Of a DNA stretch of 64,000 bases, positions 23,801 to 35,756 are shown piece by piece (positions within the stretch are counted from its first letter, which is position 1; each line of letters opens with the position of its first letter). Under the pieces are notes generated by a model. It was not told where the DNA came from, searched no databases, and was given only the letters and a program-made list of their open reading frames with translations. This DNA is from Podarcis vaucheri (lineage: Eukaryota): NCBI GenBank assembly GCA_965113315.1, contig OZ220364.1. One strand, given 5' to 3'. The translations under genes were made by a program, and so were the position numbers.

Positions 23801-25540
23801 CTTGAAATCTCAATTGAGGTTTTAAATGTGCTATAAATTATGTAACATAATCAATATAAGTATGTAGGAGCTGGAGATGCTAAAGACCTCCTGGGTCAGC
23901 TTTTTCGCCACTCTTGACGATGCAGAATTGTTACCTACTATAGATTCTTCCAGGACTTGTCCACTTCAATTGCAGTGTATCTTGCACTGATGTTCCCCCC
24001 CTCCCAGCGGTCTTCAGGCGTCTGTTGTGCAAAGCAATAGATCTTGAAATACCTGAATGCTTCCTGTTGTTAAACACCTTGGTGAGATTCTTTTGGCAAG
24101 AACTTTACATTTATGGTCCCTATTACTTAGTGGCTCAACCACTACTACTTGGCAATGGAGCCAACTGTATTTTGGCCTCTGCTCCACAAAGAGTTTTCGT
24201 GAGAAGCAAACAAGGGAAATCAGTTTCCTGATCAACAAGTACATCGGAGAAGTTGGAAATGCTGTAATGAGGAACACAGGCTATGATTTCCTTATGATGA
24301 TACTATCCTTAGAAAATGCTATCCTGATACATTTTTGTTCGTGTTTCATATTCTCATTTAAAGTGCCATAGGACTTTGGGATACATGGGTTCAATGCTGA
24401 TGATCTCCACAAATGTATTAAGTCCAAGTAAAGCATGCTTTGGCCTCTCAGGGGTAAGAACCAGAGTCAGGACTGGCGTGTTGTGCTTAATAATGCTCAG
24501 TCCTATATATAATTTCTGTTTCCTTTGTTTCTGATTGTAAATGAGACCACCAGACTTTGGAGTCCAGGACTCAACCTTCCATGCCTTTAAGCTAAAATTT
24601 AAATTGCTGTTATAGCTTGAATTTTCCTCTGTTGGGTAGCTGAAATCGGACAGCAGCAGTTTTATCCTCTTCAGAAGTAAACCCCACTGAGTTCAGTATG
24701 AATGACTTCCAGGTAAACATGTATAAAACTGCTTTACAGAGCAATCCTAACCATGTCTGCTCAGAAACAAGTTGAATTCAGTGGGGCTTACTCCCAGATC
24801 AGTAAGGTTAGCCTTGCAGCCTTAGTTGTCTTCCTAATCACATTCCACTTTTGTCCAATAGACTTTTTAGGAAGTAAGGAGCATTAAGCATGATTCACTT
24901 TCAACATTGATATGTCTTCAAATTTGTCCCCTCTATCACTTCTAGTAATCCAAACATTTACCTGCGCGAAGCCTCATTTAATTCAGTATGACTTATTTCT
25001 GAATCACATGATTAGGATTGTGCTGTAGCGCATTGAAGTACTAAAATGAATTTTTGTTTCTTTGTTGTAGCAGACTGAAACAGCAACTGCCCCTCTAGAA
25101 TTTGTGTTTTTGCAATGGGACCTTACGTTGAAGGGCAGGTTATAAATGCAGTGAATGACATGGAAAAGGAACAGTGTGAAAGACAAACATTTCTTTGCCT
25201 ACTAATGGAAATCCCCACTGGGCCACCTTGGGCCAGTAATTCCCTCTCAGCCTTACCTATCTAACAGGATTGTGGGATTAAATGAGGAGGGGGGAAAGCA
25301 TATACACCACCACGAGCCCCTTGGAGAAAAAGGTGGGAAATAAATGCAATAAATAAAAATATATCAATAAAATGCAGTCAGGATTATTTGAAGAAAAATG
25401 TCCCAATTCTTTGCAGAGTTTTAATATCTAACCCTAACTGGGAGGGGCAGGGGACTGGAGCAGAATACAAGAACCAAATGTGGCTTCATTGTTCTGTGCT
25501 CCTGTGCTGTGTTGAAAGGAATCTTCTGTTTAGGTATATA

Positions 25541-26053
25541 CCGTATTTTTCGCCCTATAGGACGCACCGGCCCATAGAATGCACCTAGATTTCCTTTTAT
25601 TTTATTTCCCCCTCCCCCAGGCGCGGGGCCCCCAGAACATGCGTGCAGCTTTGGCATGGCTCTGGGAGCTTGCGGGGCTGGAGGAGGGGGAAGCCCCCCG
25701 CCAGCCTTCAAACCAAGTCGGGGGACAGCGGGAAAGGCGAGCTGCGCCTCTCCCGCTGTCCCCTGAGTTTGCAGGGCTGGCGACGGGGAGGAGCAGGCTT
25801 CTCCCCCCGCCAGCCTTCTAACCAAGTCGGGGGACAGCTGGAAAGGCGCGCTGCGCCTCCCGCTGTCTCCCGAGTTTGCGGGTCTGGCGGTGGGGCTCTC
25901 CTGAAGCCTGGAGAGCGAGAGGGGTCGGTGCGCACCGACCCCTCTCGCTCTCCAGGCTTCAGCGAAAGCCTGCATTCACCTCATAGGACGCACACACATT
26001 TCCCCTTCATTTCTGGAGGGGAAAAAGTGCGTCCTATAGGGCGAAAAATGCGG
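25541..26053. mobile_element. Tc1/mariner-superfamily MITE, CCGTATTTT TIRs, GC-rich interior
   Basis: TA|ccgtattttttcgccctataggacgcac ... gtgcgtcctatagggcgaaaaatgcgg|TA; internal direct repeat and a 62-bp perfect palindrome. Confidence 0.9.
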
Positions 26054-27398
26054 TATCTCAAATATTAAGAACTTAGCAGTTTGCAAAATCTGAATAGATG
26101 CTTCTATCATTTGTACCAAATTGCTCTTCAGGTGTTACCTTGCAGCTCTTGTATTTTGCTGCCCCCCCCCCCCCGCGGATCTGCCCTGCCCTGGATTATT
26201 TTATCCTGAAAACCTTAAGTGAAATGCTTGTAATGCCTTAAACAGTCCTCCCCACCATGAAATGGTTCTTGAGTTTATTCTATCAATTGTATAGCTTGTG
26301 GTGGTTAGTAGAATATTATGCCAGATTGCCCCACCTTTAAATTTCCAAAGCTATTTTCACTTCACAGCTGGTAATCCATCAAAGTCGTGGGCTTGCTTGC
26401 ACGGTTGCTCCTCCCACCCTCCGCAAGGTGTTGCAGAACTGGAAGATGAATACAAGAGAAGCATCGCTGCTTATTATGAGGCATTATAAAAAATTCCAAA
26501 TGCTATGAGTTATCTCACCTGAGGAAAAATCTATAAAATGGCACTGCTGAATTTTAGCAAAATTAACCAAGCATAACTATCTGGTTCTAGTCTCACAGCT
26601 AATAACATTAATTATAGTCATCATTCTTTGCTGTAGGGCGAGTTCTAAAAATAATTGAACACAGATTGCCTAATTCCTACTCTACCTTCTAGTTTGCGTG
26701 GGGTGTATGTTAAACATTATAAAGAATGGTGCAGCTTTTCCACAGTCTCATTGCATGGTTATGGGAATGTTCTTAAAGTGCTTCATTAAGCTATGACTTT
26801 TGTTCCAGGTCTGATTTACCTGGTGTGTTCTCATAATCATTAACGTGGATTAGCACTCCACCCTTTTTAACCACTAGAGAAGAACAGAGAGGAAACTTCC
26901 CTTTTATTAGCTAATATATGTTTCTATCAACCTGCCCTTTATGGCAAACCACTTTCAATCCTATATAGTTATCTCAGTTTTACCCACACAGCAGCCTTTT
27001 TCGAGGGCAGGTTAGACTGAGACAATTAATGGAAGGTAACTCTGGTAACTGTGTTCCAAAGCCTACTTTCTTTGGAGTAAGCCCCACTGAATGCAGTCAG
27101 AAGAATTGACATGTACAGGCATCAGTTCTCTAGGATTTCTGTTGGACATTCCCAGCTGTACTTCCTGTTCCTGGGAAGTGAACCTGGGACCTTCTGCATG
27201 CTGGACAGAAGCCACACCACCGAGATACAGCCTCTCCCCACAACTTCCATATGTGGAAGTTGGTTTTGTTGTGTGAAGGGTTTTTATTTGTCTCACCTCC
27301 TGTTTCTCTCTAGCTTTTCCATCACTATATTGCCTGCTGTCCCGAAGCGAAATATCCTCTTTTGCTTACATTGCAGCCTTATTGTGCGCTAACAAAAT

Positions 27399-27500
27399 TA
27401 AAAAATCCTTCCAGTAGCACCTTAGAGACCAACTAAGTTAGTTATTGGTATGAGCTTTCGTGTGCATGCACACGTCTTCAAATACACTGAAACAGAAATC
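27399..27500 (-). mobile_element. Short Penelope pLTR 3' fragment with a variant hammerhead motif
   Basis: Reverse complement is nearly identical to 14421-14520; the core reads TTGAAGAC instead of CTGAAGAA. Confidence 0.85.
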
Positions 27501-28795
27501 ACGCGGTGGATAATCCTACTGGCCAGATGGCATGGCATGTATAAGGAGAGAGCTCTTGCTGCAGGATAGAGATAATCTGTAGGTTGTCGCTTGTAAATCA
27601 TCCAGTGGGGATGCCGACTCCCAGACTGACTTTTAAGCAAACGATAAAGCCTGATAGAATGAATCAATTAAGACATCGAACCATGTTGCCTGGAAATATT
27701 GAGGCACCACCTGCAGAGCCCATGACTTTGGAGCAAAAAACCTGATCCATGTGTTCCAACTGCTAGGTGAGGAAGGCCACTGGAAAGCTAAACTGTGCAA
27801 GGGCCATTCTGTGTGATAAGCTCTTTGTGGGTGCCTGTGCATCATGTATTTGGCAGTATTCATCAACCAAACTATCAAAGATGGACGGGTAAGGGCAGTT
27901 TAGGTGGTACCTGAGTAATGTAAGGGTCACAACAGTGTGTGCTGCTTTAGCACTTTTCTGGGAAGGTGGAAGATCTGACTTAATTTCCCACGTGCAGGGA
28001 ATCCTTTTTTCTTTTCTTTTTTAAACGTGTTGGAGCATTTCATCAAGCAGCTGTCCTACTGTATTCTGGAATAGTATAGTCCAGGGAGGACTGTATCATG
28101 TGCTATTACTGCACATTTGAATTGGTACCAGGTGTGGATTCTGTTTTCAAACACTTGGGCTTTCTAAAAGAAGCCTAGCTTAGCACTTTAGACAGCTTGA
28201 AGACAAGTTACAGTGAGAATGTTTATTTGCTGCTTCTCTCTCGATAGAAAATTCTGATGGCTTTTGTTTCACTGTGCAGTGTTTTTAAAAAGAGGTAGAA
28301 AATGAAAATTGGCCACTTGCTTCCATCTTCTGTTGGGCATTACTAAGTGGCAAATAAACTTGTCTGATTTAGCTGCCTAGTTAGTTAATGTACTTCACTC
28401 ACCTGTTGCTTACTTGGAGAAGAACTTCAGTGCACAGTCTAAGAGCTCAGTTGCTGTCAGCACATTTTGCAATGAGAAAATGCAACAGAGATCTTTCTGC
28501 AAGGTGACTTCAGTATGGATTTGCTAGGTATTAAATCAAAGTCCCTCTGCCCTGAATCATATGGGTCAGTGGGCTGCTTTAGTAAAGGCTTGCCAATTTC
28601 TATAGCCTATTCTCACAAGGCTGTGATGTAGCCAATGCTCCATCTGGCTGCCTCTGGTTTTTCCAGTCTGGTAGATAAAACGCCTTATTTGCATTACTGT
28701 AAAGTGGTGTAACAGAACAATTGGCAGCCCATCTTCCAAATTCTTAGAAGTATTTTTACTTACTTCTAAGTATTTTACTTAGAAGTATTTTTACA

Positions 28796-29155
28796 GACGC
28801 GGGTGGCGCTGTGGGTTAAAGCCTCAGCGCCTAGGACTTGCCGATCGAAAGGTCGGCGGTTCGAATCCCCGCGGCGGGGTGCGCTCCCGCTGCTCGGTCC
28901 CAGCGCCTGCCAACCTAGCAGTTCGAAAGCACCTCCGGGTGCAAGTAGATAAATAGGGACCGCTTTCTAGCGGGAAGGTAAACAGCGTTCCGTGTGCTGC
29001 GCTGGCTCACCAGATGCAGCTTGTCACGCTGGCCACGTGACCCGGAAGTGTCTCCGGACAGCGCTGGCCCCCGGCCAATAGATGTGAGATGGGCGCACAA
29101 ACCCCAGAGTCTGTCAAGACTGGCCCGTTCGGGCAGGGGTACCTTTACCTTTACC
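28796..29155 (+). mobile_element. Sauria SINE, young second subfamily, in TWF2 intron 1
   Basis: Highly similar to the 10348 copy; flanks tatttttaca / tatttttaaa are a likely TSD. Confidence 0.9.
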
Positions 29156-31705
29156 TATTTTTAAACACCACATTCTAGTGACAGCCTTCTCTTGGAACGG
29201 AAAGCATGTGTGGCGCTGCTCAAGATCTTTTGTTTGCTGGCTGGTGGAAAGGGGAATTTTAAAATAGAAAAGGAATTTAGTTCATGTATTGCCTTTCTGA
29301 TTTAAGATAGGAGGTTCTGTATTCTTGCAAGTGGTAAACATTACAGTGCAGGAATGGGGAACCTCAGGCTTCAAGGGCAAATGTGGCCCTCCAGGCCTCA
29401 CTATGTGGCCCTTGGCACTTTTCCAAGGCCATGCCCCCTTTTTCTGGCCCACAACGCTCACTGGTCCTGTTCCGCCACCTCCTCAAGTTCCTTGAACTGT
29501 GATAATGCCTCTTTCTTGCCTGAGTGGATAATATAATGTGTGCCTGTGGAAGTAAGAGAGAGAGAATCTCTGATTTTTGTCTTGCTGGAATGTACCCTGC
29601 TGTGCAGAGGTGTCACATCTGTTGTTCCTACCCACTTTTTGCCCCTGGCCCTGCCTATCCCTGGCATGCAGCCCCCAGAACATTGCCCACCCACTAACAT
29701 GGCCCTCAAGCTGGAAAATAGTTGCTAACCTTGCTATGTATCGTGCTAAGAAAGACATTGCTTAGTTCTTGGATGACTTCGTGGGTCAGTTGTATATTTT
29801 TTTAGGGCCCTTTAATATTTTTACATGGGCACGCTTTCTTTTTTGCCTTTCACATATCAATACATTGCTGTTTCTAATTAAAATGCAGTCTATTTATTTA
29901 CATCATTCAAAACCCGCTCTTCATTTTTGACGCAATCCCAGAGCGAGGAGCAACATTAGAACGTAATAAAACAACAGATACAGCTGAAAGAAAAAAACAG
30001 ACAGTACGGTAGCGCACAGATGCCTCAATCTAGGCAAGGGGCATCGCTTCACGATGACAAGCAGGTCTTTGCAAAAGCACAGCAGTTGCACCTGCCAAAG
30101 AGGCAGGATTGGGCCTCAGCTTCTTTCCCTGTCTACACCCTGGTGGCAAATGTGTGTTCACCACTTTGCAGTGTCATGGGTGAAGCAGGTTGTATTCTGA
30201 GAGACTCTCTTTTCATCTCTGCACCAGGGATGGTGGCCTTCCAGATCTTCTTGGGTTCCCATCATTCCTGATCATTGGCCATGCTGGCTGGGGGTGAGCC
30301 TGAGAGTCCAGCAGCATCTGGAGAACCACTGGTCCCCCAGCTCTTCTTTTACGAACTAAAGTTTTTACTACTGTGTTTTAATGTAACCTGCCTTGGGACC
30401 TTAGGGGCCTGTGAATAAAAACAATGAAACCAAAACATGGTTAATTTCAATGGGACCTGAGCAGACACAAAGCACAGTCTGCAGATCTGGTTGGCAGATC
30501 AAATTATTATTTTGGATGTTCTTACCAGCTCCGTTCCATACCAGAAGCTCCCATTGTCCTTTCCGTCGCTTTGTGGAGAGTGCTAAAGGCTAGTGTGTTC
30601 AGAAAATGGAGAGGAGGTTTTTTTACACAAACAAAGGAGCTGCACTTGATACAGAGCTGTAATTTTGTCTGAATAATTAAGGCCCTGTGAAGCTGAGCGT
30701 TTAAAGTTATCCAAGCAGAGGAAACCCCCTTGGAAACAGTGTGTTTAAGAACCTTTTAGTGTAATAAGCTGATTGTCAGGATCCATCCTTTGGGCTCTGG
30801 GGACCTGACACCTGACCCAGCCGTCTCCAGTCATTGCCCAACTCTTGGGAGGGTGAATGACAAGCAGCTATGAGATTGTTTTACAGGCTTGGAGTTCAGG
30901 GAGTAATATATACACCGGCAGGACTCTCTGGCTCTTTGTGAAGCTGAACTACTGGGGCTAGATTTCAGACAGGAGGGACTTGTTGTCTTGCAAGTAACCC
31001 CTCCGTTTCTTATCGGGAGTCCATCGGAAAGCAGGGACAGCTGTCCTGAATTTTGATTGCCTCCGTGACCATATCAGGGACTTGTTTATGAGGTCAGTAA
31101 AATGCATCCAAGCCAAAAATGACAGTTAAATCAAAGCTTAAGACCCCTGCCGGGAGTGACAACATGGCCTAGAAATGCTGACCTTTGCCATGGCGCACTG
31201 AGTCCTGGAAGCCTTTGGAGCAGGTCCTTAAGAAGTACTGTGTCTCAATTAGATGGGCCTGAAGCATGGCCACCTTCCATCCCCAAAAGCTGAGGCAGGT
31301 GCGTAAAAGCCGTACTGAAACATGACAAAACTGCAGAAGAAGAATTGGGACTCTAGCCTGGGTTGGTGGCATAGATATTCCTCAGCTATTCCATCTGGAG
31401 TTAAGCTAGCCAGCCGCATGCTTCATTCATTGCCTGCCTGACCTGCACTTGTGGCCTATAAATCTTCAGAGAGAAATTACTTCTAGAATCAAGCGATTGC
31501 TCAACCCAGCTTTCTACGCCAGTTATATATCAACAGTACTTTTTTTTTCATCCCTTGGGGGCCGCTCACCTCTACACAGTTCCATCTTTATTTCAGACAT
31601 TGTGATATGTTGATCTATCATGATGTTTAGCTGGTGGTATTGAGGGCACTGCTACCCACTCCTGCTCCTTTGGGCATAACAGTTATTTTAATATTCTCTC
31701 ATGTA

Positions 31706-32198
31706 CCGTATTTTTCGCCCTATAGGACGCACTTTCCCCCCTCCAAAAATGAAGGGGAAATGTGTGTGCGTCCTATGGGGCGAATGCAGGCTTTCACTGA
31801 AGCCTAGAGAGCGAGAGGGGTCTGTGCGCACCGACCCCTCTCGCTCTCCAGGCTTCAGGAAGCTATCCGCAAGCCTTGGGAGCCCGGCAGGAGTTCCCAC
31901 CGGGCTCCCAAGGCTTGCGGACAGCAGCCTGCAGCACGAAACCTGGGGAGCGCAGTGGATTGCACCCTGGGCTTCGGGCAGATGTCCGCAAGCCTTGGGA
32001 GCCCGGCGGGAGTTCCCGCCGGGCTCCCAAGGCTTGCGGATAGCAGCCTGTTCTGGGGGCTGGAGTCGGGGGAAGCTCGGACTTCCCCCGCCCCAGCCCC
32101 GTGCCTGGGGGTGGGGAATTTTTCTCTCTCTTTATTTCCCCTCCAAAAAACTAGGTGCGCCCTATGGGCCGGTGCGCCCTATAGTGCAAAAAATAGGG
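31706..32198. mobile_element. Same MITE family in the opposite orientation, with a different interior
   Basis: TA|ccgtatttttcgccctataggacgcac ... gcgccctatagtgcaaaaaataggg|TA; several internal hairpins. Confidence 0.9.
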
Positions 32199-32258
32199 TA
32201 ACTTTCTGGCTTGTATATGATGCTTGCCGTGCAGTGGCTGGTGCCTGACAGCCATCAA

Positions 32259-32298
<40 letters not shown>

Positions 32299-32299
32299 G
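32259..32299. repeat. Compound (GT)n(GA)n microsatellite
   Basis: Read directly; a shorter similar compound repeat lies at ~47598-47619. Confidence 0.95.
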
Positions 32300-35200
32300 C
32301 GCTCTCTCACTACTGTGGTGATATTGTGTTGAAACTTTTAACACCATTGCTGAGTACTCCTTACAAAAGCTGGTGGTATGTCGGCATGGAAGCTTTCCAC
32401 CGAATAGTGGTATTTATTTGTTTATTTCATAACATTTATGTACCACTCGATTGCAGTAAATAACATCAAAGTGGCTTACAGACGTTCCAGATGCCAACCT
32501 CATCTTGGCCATAATGACCATGGCATGGAGTAGCCAACATACCAAGGCTGTTGCGATGAGAGACAGGTCTAGCGCAGGCCTCAGATAAGAAGAGTTTTCG
32601 GTGTGTGCGCGAAGGAAGCTGTTACAGAGGTTTAAATGTTAAGGAGCTTGCATTGTTTCATACCAACAAAGCTCTCTCTGTGTGTATCTATTTGGCTGCT
32701 TCTGCTTTTGCTTTTGGGCGGCATCTGTAGTACAACAAAGGACAGGTGTCAATGCAGCAACTGGGGGAGAGTTGGGAGTGCCATGAAATAATGCTCAGAA
32801 CAAGAACGCCTGAGGAGCAGCTAGCCAGGAGGTCAGGATGGCCTTACGAACCCTATAAGGCCACGACCTTCTGGGATTTGTTTTAGTCATAATACCAAAT
32901 GTAGCACCTATTTCCTCAAACCCAGTGAATGGGAAATGAAAACAGCTACTTGAAGTCTCCTTAACATAAAGATTACGTCCAGAGAATGAAAGATTGATAG
33001 CCACAGGCTCAGATTTCCTGTCAGGAGGACAGAGTGACTTGACATACTCAGGAGGGCATTCATTTCAGGGTTCATGTATTATTGATCCAGCTGGTGATGG
33101 GACGACATGAGATGATGGAGGAAAAGATGCTCATACTAAAACTTGGTCCACTCTTCTCCTGGTGTGGGGTACGTGTGAAAATATGATGCGATCACAGTTG
33201 TAAACAGTGAATTGGTATAGCAGGAGTAGACTCAGGCAAATATGTCATAAATGTCAGGATATATTCATGCCCAGTTCAGATTACAACAGGCAGGCGTGTC
33301 AAAATACATAATGAGGAAAAAACAGTTAATGACAGAATATGCCAAATGAGAATAATTGCATACTCTTCCAATCTTTGCTTTAAATCAAGGTTCTCATTTG
33401 GGAATTCATATTGTTATCATTAATTTATCTATCACTTACATGCCAGAGTGACTTGTAAGCAGTTTCCAACTATGAAATCAATTATAAAATACATACATAA
33501 TTAAAATACACAACAAAACAACAATCATGTCCTTCCTGAACAGGCATATGTGGTAACCGGTTGCTATAACAATGGAAACATATCGGTTAGCAACTAAATA
33601 AAGGCTTTACAGGGAATCCACTGGTGCGCACGATCCAAACTCTTGGTCATCCAGTCCATGTGCAATTGCTGAATTACATCTCCTTACAGACGATGGGCTG
33701 TTTGTTTGTTTGTTTGTTTGCTTGTTTAGTGCTCTCTGCTCACCTGCAAGGAAACTAAGTCTGCACAATTCCTTTCAAGCTAAAGAACAACACCAAGGAT
33801 AAGGGCAGGAAATGCCCCCTGGCACCGTAAAGGCATCAGGTTATTTCTGCTCCTGACAGAAGACTTGAATGTGATATTTATTGTGATAAACTTTTGCAAG
33901 TCTCTTTGAGAAATACAGTGGTAGCTACCCCAGTGTCACCCAGATATGTTGAACTCCAACTTCTATCAGCCCCAGCCAGCATGGCCATTGGGCAGGGATG
34001 ATGGGAGTTGCAGTCTAGCTGGAAGACCTGAGCAGGATTTAAGTATTCTATGTAAGTAAGTAAGTAAAAAAAAATATAGTCGTCTGCTTCCTGTTCTGTT
34101 TTTGATCTTCTACTCCCAGTCTTACAGATATCTATTCTGATCCACAGTAGTTCCTGGGGGGTGGGACTTTTTAACTGCTTGCATATCTTGGGGTCTTCGA
34201 AGCAGAGTAAATAATTTTCCTTGGGCCACATCCGTGCTAAAACAGAGGGTTTTGATGTCCTGTGATATGGAATAGATATGGCCTCTGGTGGTGGCTGGAG
34301 TTGATGAACCTGAGCCGTGCTGAGTGACGGCTCCTGCAGCCTTTCAGAGTTCCTCTGTATTAATAAGAGAAATTGTCATGGCTTCCTTTTGTAAAGCAAC
34401 TCAAAAGGGTATCTTTGGAACGTTCACTCTCCACCTTTACAGCTGGCATTGTGTGTTAAGGTTCTCTGTTACTAAGTCTGATTAAAACTCTCCAGATTAC
34501 AAAGGACGCTTGTAATGAGCATTGGCAGCACAATACTGGGAAGCTTGGATCTAGTCAGGACCAAATAATTAATCCCTGTTTAATGCTGTGCTAGATATCT
34601 TGCAGGCTGAGCAGTATCTTCCTTAGAAATAGGCATCTGATATGAGTGTACAAATCTACAGAACATACTAGAGAAGTAAGCTCCTAAGGTCACAGTTCTG
34701 GGCATTACATTTGACATTTGCCTGTAGGGCAAATATTTTAAGTTGTTGCATTTCGATTTAGGATTTGGGGATGGGGGGGGCTGCTCCCAGAAGGAAAATC
34801 ATTCCATGTTACTATCATGTTGTAGGGTCCTGTGAAAAGATAAAGTCTGTCTCCTGAAAACAAAGGGAGGAACTGCATCCTTAAAAGCAGAGGAATGGAT
34901 GAGGAATTTCTTGAAAGGTGATGCTCCCAGCCTTTGCAGGAAAATGTTTCGCTTGGGTGGGGCAGCACTCCTCTTAAAACTCACCCCCACAAGCAATATA
35001 TTTACACACACAATGATGTCCCCAGGGCCATTGAATGGTTAATTCTACTCAAGCACACTAGCAGTTGTGGCTTGCTTATGTACTGTTGCTGCAGCATCGC
35101 AGAGAGAAACACAAAAGACGGAGCAGGGAAAGGATGAGGGAAACCAAGGACTCGCCAGCTGCAAAGTGCCTACTACTACAACAGTATGGGCTGTTGAGCT

Positions 35201-35454
35201 TGGGTTTTTTTTGGGGGGGGTGGTGGAAAGAAGCAGGTTCACTCTTGGTCTGTGCAGGTGTAAGAGACCAATGTCTTAGGAAAGTGGAGACTTACTGCAG
35301 GCTTCTGTGAAGCACAACTTCTCCAGCTCTATTTCCAGCAAACTGGGGCCAAGAGCATTGCACCTGAGGAATAAGGAAAGCTGTGTCAGCTGTAGAGGCT
35401 AGTGGTGCTTCAACTCTCAGCCAATGTGTCTTGAGTCACACCCAAAGGGGAGAG

Positions 35455-35756
35455 GAGTATAGGAAGCTGCCTTGCACCAGTCAGACACTTGGTCTACACC
35501 AGGGTTTCCCAAACCTGGGTCTCCAGCGGTTTTTGGACTACACCTCACATCATCCCTAGCTAGCAGGACCAGTGGTCATGGATGATGGGAATTGTAGTCC
35601 AAAAACAGCTGGAGATCCAAGTTTGGGAAACCCTGATCTACACAGACAATAGCTCTCCAGGCTTTCAGGTAGGCAGGAGTCTTTCCACAGTCCTCCTTGG
35701 AGATGCTGAGACCTTTTACATGCCAAGCATGTTCTCTTCCACTGAGCTAAGGCCCT
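35455..35756 (-). mobile_element. tRNA(Ala)-like SINE (Squam2/POM-like) interrupted by a hAT MITE
   Basis: Minus strand reads GGGCCTTAGCTCAGTGGAAGAGAACATGCTTGGCATGTAAAAGGTC... and ends ...AAGGCAGCTTCCTAT. Related relics at ~27095-27240 and ~52880-53050. Confidence 0.72.
35500..35635. mobile_element. hAT MITE (136 bp, same family as 2194)
   Basis: TIR cagggtttcccaaac/gtttgggaaaccctg; 8-bp TSD gtctacac/atctacac. Older relics of this type at ~30220, 33920, 36110, 45300, 52350 and 63140. Confidence 0.9.

Noticed and set aside
25421-26068. ORFs with repeated 'GEREGSVRTDPSRSPG' peptides, also at 31688-32248
   Set aside because: These are translations of the MITE palindrome, not a transposase.
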